A DNA stretch of 64,000 nucleotides from NCBI GenBank assembly GCA_015233115.1, contig JADFYJ010000004.1, positions 70,528 to 134,527 on the forward strand, in the 5' to 3' direction. Below, piece after piece: positions 59,698-64,000 of the stretch. Position 1 is the first letter of the stretch. Each line of letters begins with the position of its first letter. A program made the position numbers and the translations under genes. The stretch comes from Candidatus Omnitrophota bacterium. Lineage in GTDB: Bacteria; Omnitrophota; Gorgyraeia; Zapsychrales; Zapsychraceae. The notes under the pieces are model-generated. The model made no database searches, was not told the origin of the DNA, and saw only the letters and a list, made by a program, of their open reading frames with translations.

Positions 59698-60403
59698 TTC
59701 TCACCGTCAGCCCAAACCACACAATACAAAAAATCGCTTTGATACCGTCGCGCCAATTGATTTTTTTACCTTCCGCATAGGTGCGGCCGCTATAACTGAT
59801 GCCCACTTCATAGATCCGCGCTCTACGTTTTGCTACCTTAGCTGTAATTTCCGGTTCAAAGCCAAATCGATTACATTTCAATGGGATAGACTTTAAAAGA
59901 TCAGTCCGGAACGCTTTATAACACGTTTCCATATCTGTTAAATTTAAATTAGTAAAAATATTACTCAATAAAGTTAAGAAACTATTACCGACAGAATGCC
60001 AAAAAAATAAAACTCGTCTAGCTTCCCCGCCCATAAACCGGGATCCAAAAACACAATCCGCGTGACCATTGACAATAGGCTTCAGAAGTTTTGGATATTC
60101 ACTCGGATCATATTCCAAATCCGCATCTTGCACTAAACAAATATCTCCCCGTGCATTCGCAATCGCTGTTTTAATCGCCGCGCCTTTACCCTGATTAGTT
60201 TTATGTGAAAAAATACGGATTTGGCGGGGATAGCATTCTGCAAAAGACCGGATAATCGAAGCTGTTTTATCCTTAGACCTGTCATCAACGATAATTAATT
60301 CTATTTCCGTGATGCCTTCCACATTCTGGGTCAATACCTTAGGAATGATTAAGGGCAGCCACCGCTCTTCGTTATATACAGGCATAAGAACGCTTAGTTT
60401 CAT
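59684..60403 (-). CDS. GT2 glycosyltransferase (DPM-synthase-like)
   Basis: PVYNE, VDD.S.D, N.GKG.A, QDADLEYDP, DMETCYK, RFGFEPEIT; start 60403 after GAGG. Confidence 0.93.
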   Translation of the reverse strand: MKLSVLMPVYNEERWLPLIIPKVLTQNVEGITEIELIIVDDRSKDKTASIIRSFAECYPRQIRIFSHKTNQGKGAAIKTAIANARGDICLVQDADLEYDPSEYPKLLKPIVNGHADCVFGSRFMGGEARRVLFFWHSVGNSFLTLLSNIFTNLNLTDMETCYKAFRTDLLKSIPLKCNRFGFEPEITAKVAKRRARIYEVGISYSGRTYAEGKKINWRDGIKAIFCIVWFGLTVRNENF

Positions 60404-60445
60404 AACAACCTCTATCAATCAATTTTTTGATACTATACAGCATTA

Positions 60446-62032
60446 CTATTTTTGTTTCAAGACAAAATCAGAATTATCAACGATCACATTGATCGGAAAA
60501 TCCGCGAAAGCGGCATCTTCAATAAAAACATTGGTTGGCTTCGAACGGTCAACAGTTTTTGCCATCTCCAAGAGAGTTTTATCAGCAAAACGCAAAACAA
60601 GCATAGGCGGTTTAAAAAAATCAGCTTTATTCGCCCTGACGACAGATAGCGCGGTGAGCGCCAATGAAAATAACAATCCACCTAACATGATAGGGCGTAG
60701 AAATCTTTGATCTGAAAAAACTACGATCATCATGAGCACGAGCGGAACAAATAAGAACCGGCTTTGTTGTGAACCAAACCACCATGACGCCCAAAATATC
60801 AGACTAAACCAAGATAAACCATTAAACCGTTTTAATTTTATATCCTCAAAAAATTTAAACATAAATGGTCCTAACACTAATAGATAAGACAACCCCAACG
60901 GATAGTCAAAACGGTTATTGACTCCTTTTTCCGGTACCGCCAGCATCCAAAAATGTTCAAAAAACGCTTTCACTGACCGGCCATGACCGTACTGATCTTT
61001 AATAGTCAAAATGTCCGATGCCCTCTGAACAATGGATGACCAAAGAACCGGGTTAGTCGATTGATATACGCCTTCATGAAATTTTCCTACGCCAAAAGGA
61101 AATAAAGGTGTACCCGTATAATAAAAATTTCTTATTAAAAAAGGCCCAGCCACAACAGCACTAAAAATTAAAAAAGAAAGTAAAAAAGTCTTCTGCTTTT
61201 TCCATGCCATTGACTGTTTAAATAACCACAGAACAGCCATAACACATAGGGCAATGGCAAGGATTTGTATCGGAAGAAAAGATTTAGACCAAACATAAAA
61301 AGACAATTCAAGACCCGCCAATACATAAAAACCCGACAACCAGCTGTCCAAAGCTGCCAATAAAAAATACAGCATAACCACATCCAACATCGCGGTTCCA
61401 AACTGTATGGATAGCCCATGAAGACCCAGAACCGCGGCCCAAACAAAAACCATACTTTTCCAACTATGATCCGTTAATCGAGAAACCAAACGGCACACCA
61501 AAAACAAAATTCCTAAACAAAAAAAATATTGAGGTATTTTATTAAGATATGAAGTAGATAACCAAAATGGGGCTAAACCATGATCCAGGGGCAGTAGATA
61601 AAAATCAGCGGTTGACCAAGGAAGATGCTGGAACGAATTTCTCAAAAGATGTTGCCGGGGAATCGTGATGTGATAACTCAAGGCATCGTATTCTTGAGGC
61701 AGATGCGGCGGTAAAAATGACGCATAACAGGTTACAAATAAAATAATCGCTGATAAGGCTAAAATAATCGAAACTGCGCTCTTGGTTAAAACCGGCTGTT
61801 CCCCATACCATAATTGCCATTGCTGAAACTCTGCGGATATATTTTTTCGCTCCTTTAAAAATATCAAAATCACCACTAACAAAAACAGTATCCACGCTAA
61901 AGAAGTCGTATAGCCTGTTGATGGCTGTAAAAAATATAATTCCAGCCAATAAACCGGATAACCGATGATCAAAAACCAAGTCGGTAAATGAGTAACGCTT
62001 AATGTCTTTGTAAAAAAATTACGCATCGCCAT
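60446..62032 (-). CDS. Polytopic membrane protein (probable GT-C glycosyltransferase); start uncertain
   Basis: Many TM helices; YDALSYH...P, RN....GTP.FP, Q.RFL.P. Confidence 0.7.
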   Translation of the reverse strand: MAMRNFFTKTLSVTHLPTWFLIIGYPVYWLELYFLQPSTGYTTSLAWILFLLVVILIFLKERKNISAEFQQWQLWYGEQPVLTKSAVSIILALSAIILFVTCYASFLPPHLPQEYDALSYHITIPRQHLLRNSFQHLPWSTADFYLLPLDHGLAPFWLSTSYLNKIPQYFFCLGILFLVCRLVSRLTDHSWKSMVFVWAAVLGLHGLSIQFGTAMLDVVMLYFLLAALDSWLSGFYVLAGLELSFYVWSKSFLPIQILAIALCVMAVLWLFKQSMAWKKQKTFLLSFLIFSAVVAGPFLIRNFYYTGTPLFPFGVGKFHEGVYQSTNPVLWSSIVQRASDILTIKDQYGHGRSVKAFFEHFWMLAVPEKGVNNRFDYPLGLSYLLVLGPFMFKFFEDIKLKRFNGLSWFSLIFWASWWFGSQQSRFLFVPLVLMMIVVFSDQRFLRPIMLGGLLFSLALTALSVVRANKADFFKPPMLVLRFADKTLLEMAKTVDRSKPTNVFIEDAAFADFPINVIVDNSDFVLKQK

Positions 62033-62132
62033 ATCCCATAACACATGGTTATTCCGATCACATAAATATCCCAAAAATAAATTTTAAATAATAGTTTTTT
62101 CATAGACTAATTAGTATTTTAACCCGTGCTGC

Positions 62133-62906
62133 TTATGAAACCAGTCCTTCGCTCAAACAAGACACCTTTTTAAATTTATTAAACAGCCGTTTCAAATAAT
62201 TGACTAGGACAAAATATTCATTGATCGTCATTAAGATACGAATTTTGCTTTTTCCTTTTTTTCTACCGTAATCATAGACGAACGGGACCTCTGCGATCTT
62301 ATCCGTAAACCAGGATAGTTTGATCAATAATTCCGCGTTGGCCACAAACCCTTTTGATTGTATCAATCCAAACATGCCAAAATATTGGGCGGCTTTTTTT
62401 AAAATACCCACCCGGTAAGCGCGGAAAAATATGGTATAATCATTCACATTTTTGATGGGGAAATAATATTTCATCATAGAGCTCGCGCCTAAACTGAAAA
62501 TTTTCCGCATCCAGGGAAACCGTTCATATTTACCGCCAGCCTGATACCGTGAAGCAATGACAATATCCTGCCCCGTCTTGATTTTTTCGATCATATCCAC
62601 AATCAAATCGATCTCGCTAGTCTGATCACTCTCCAAAATAAACATAATATCCTGATCGCCGGCTGTTGATAAGACCTCGGCAATACCAGTCGAAAATACC
62701 GCACCGATGTTCATATTAATAACTGACCCCACCACCTTAAGATCCTTTCCCCGGCATTGTTCCAGCAAAGCTAAAGAATTGTCGGTACTGCCGTCATTAA
62801 CGGCAATCATTTGATAATTCTGTCCCTTCATTTTTTCGCGAATACTTTTAATCAATCCGGAAAGATTCGCCTCTTCGTTATAAACGGGAAAAAGAAAATA
62901 GATCAT
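62133..62906 (-). CDS. GT2 glycosyltransferase
   Basis: PVYNEE, VNDGSTD, ESD, IASRY; ATG overlaps the upstream stop (ATGA). Confidence 0.9.
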   Translation of the reverse strand: MIYFLFPVYNEEANLSGLIKSIREKMKGQNYQMIAVNDGSTDNSLALLEQCRGKDLKVVGSVINMNIGAVFSTGIAEVLSTAGDQDIMFILESDQTSEIDLIVDMIEKIKTGQDIVIASRYQAGGKYERFPWMRKIFSLGASSMMKYYFPIKNVNDYTIFFRAYRVGILKKAAQYFGMFGLIQSKGFVANAELLIKLSWFTDKIAEVPFVYDYGRKKGKSKIRILMTINEYFVLVNYLKRLFNKFKKVSCLSEGLVS

Positions 62907-64000
62907 ATGTTCTCCAATAGAATCCAATTTTTGCTATAAAATTTTACTTGATACGCCTTTAAAACACTATCCGGAATTTTGCCAAATCTGGGCGCGTATA
63001 AAAAATATCCTTTTCCTGCCTTATCCAAAACGCTTATAGACGGATCATACTCAAAACGTCTTAAATTCGTTCCAGTCCGGCGATTAATAAGACCGGGAAT
63101 GGCCAGCCCGGCTTCCATCGCATTCGTATAAATGGGGGCAGTTGAACTTTCCAGAAAATCAGCAGGGTTATATTCTATCCATTGACTTAAATTGTGCGTA
63201 TCATATTGGTAAAACATCTCCCGCTGTAAGGCGTAACAACAAACCAATAAATTCAAAAAAAACGCGCCCATAACCACAAAAACTTTTCCTTTTTCCGATA
63301 AAGAAGCCAATCCATCAGCAAACCAGATCGCGGCGATAAAAGAAAAAAATAAACCTAATGGTGTGGCATAATATGAAACAGGATTCCAAGGCAATAAAAT
63401 TCCCATATAACACAAATACAGAAACAAACTCAAAATATAAGGCAAGCAATCTCGCTTTTGTTTTACATCATTTAGACCTTTTCTAAAAACAAAGAATCCT
63501 ATCATGATCCAAGGGAGATGGTTCAAAAAATCCTTTTTAAACCAAATCATCAATGAACTAAAAATCTTCGGCATATTCGTAAAACTATACGATGAGGTAT
63601 AATGCCCCTGAACCAACAATTTTAACAAAACCGCAAATCCGGCACTGCAGAACAAAATTAAAAAACCCCGGAGCCATAAACCCTGGCTAAATTTTTCTTT
63701 TCGGCTTTTAAAAGCATCAGCCCATAACGCAATCGCCACCGCGCCTCCTGAAGCGACAAAAGTTTCCTTTGAAAAAAGCGAAAGTAATAAACAAAGTATC
63801 CCCCACGAAAAAAAACCTTTATGCCCTCTTCCACCAGCTTTTAATTTTTCATAATCAGACCAAAAACATTGCAGCGCTAATCCGAGGAAAAAAAGGCCTA
63901 AAAATTCATGCGTAGATAAATAAAAGAAAGCATCATAAAAATAATGAAACGACAAGGTTACTGTCGGAACCAAATAAAATGATAATTTATTCTTGGTCAT
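62903..64000 (-). CDS. Polytopic membrane protein (probable GT-C), 5' end outside the window
   Basis: ORF open to the window edge; multiple hydrophobic helices, SKET motif. Confidence 0.7.
   Translation of the reverse strand: MTKNKLSFYLVPTVTLSFHYFYDAFFYLSTHEFLGLFFLGLALQCFWSDYEKLKAGGRGHKGFFSWGILCLLLSLFSKETFVASGGAVAIALWADAFKSRKEKFSQGLWLRGFLILFCSAGFAVLLKLLVQGHYTSSYSFTNMPKIFSSLMIWFKKDFLNHLPWIMIGFFVFRKGLNDVKQKRDCLPYILSLFLYLCYMGILLPWNPVSYYATPLGLFFSFIAAIWFADGLASLSEKGKVFVVMGAFFLNLLVCCYALQREMFYQYDTHNLSQWIEYNPADFLESSTAPIYTNAMEAGLAIPGLINRRTGTNLRRFEYDPSISVLDKAGKGYFLYAPRFGKIPDSVLKAYQVKFYSKNWILLENI

Overview
Bacterial chromosomal segment, almost all on the minus strand; the only clear plus-strand gene is a GAF-GGDEF diguanylate cyclase. 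Gene content is mostly housekeeping: pckA, plsY/pgsA, lepB/lepA, cmk, tyrA-aroF-hisC-pheA, scpB, ruvA/ruvC/yebC, RNase P RNA, rnhA, two tRNAs, ssb, rpoD/dnaG, smc, an Etf/acyl-CoA dehydrogenase cluster, glgC, an Opp/Dpp ABC transporter, secG-tpiA-pgk and a surface-polysaccharide cluster. My impression of an anaerobic diderm, possibly PVC/Omnitrophota-like, is inference only. The unusual signal is intergenic. (1) About 20 arrays of 7- or 8-nt tandem repeats from several families occur, often as inverted pairs around an A-rich then T-rich core, and often starting in a stop codon. One array directly precedes a four-helix-bundle (23S-IVS/Avd-like) gene that the ORF track missed at the window edge. 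(2) There are 13 GTAG-type REP hairpins, one with compensatory changes and one interrupted by another hairpin. (3) A ~110-120 bp structured element follows each tRNA, with a duplicated tRNA 3' end and a tRNA-specific complementary arm. (4) A 93-bp inverted-repeat element occurs twice. Oddities in the gene products include an SMC with an apparently collapsed hinge, a ruvA-scpB junction lacking ruvB and scpA, a CheX-like protein lacking the catalytic Glu, and an RNase P RNA apparently without P13/P14. No transposase, integrase, reverse transcriptase or CRISPR array is visible. Coordinates were counted by hand.
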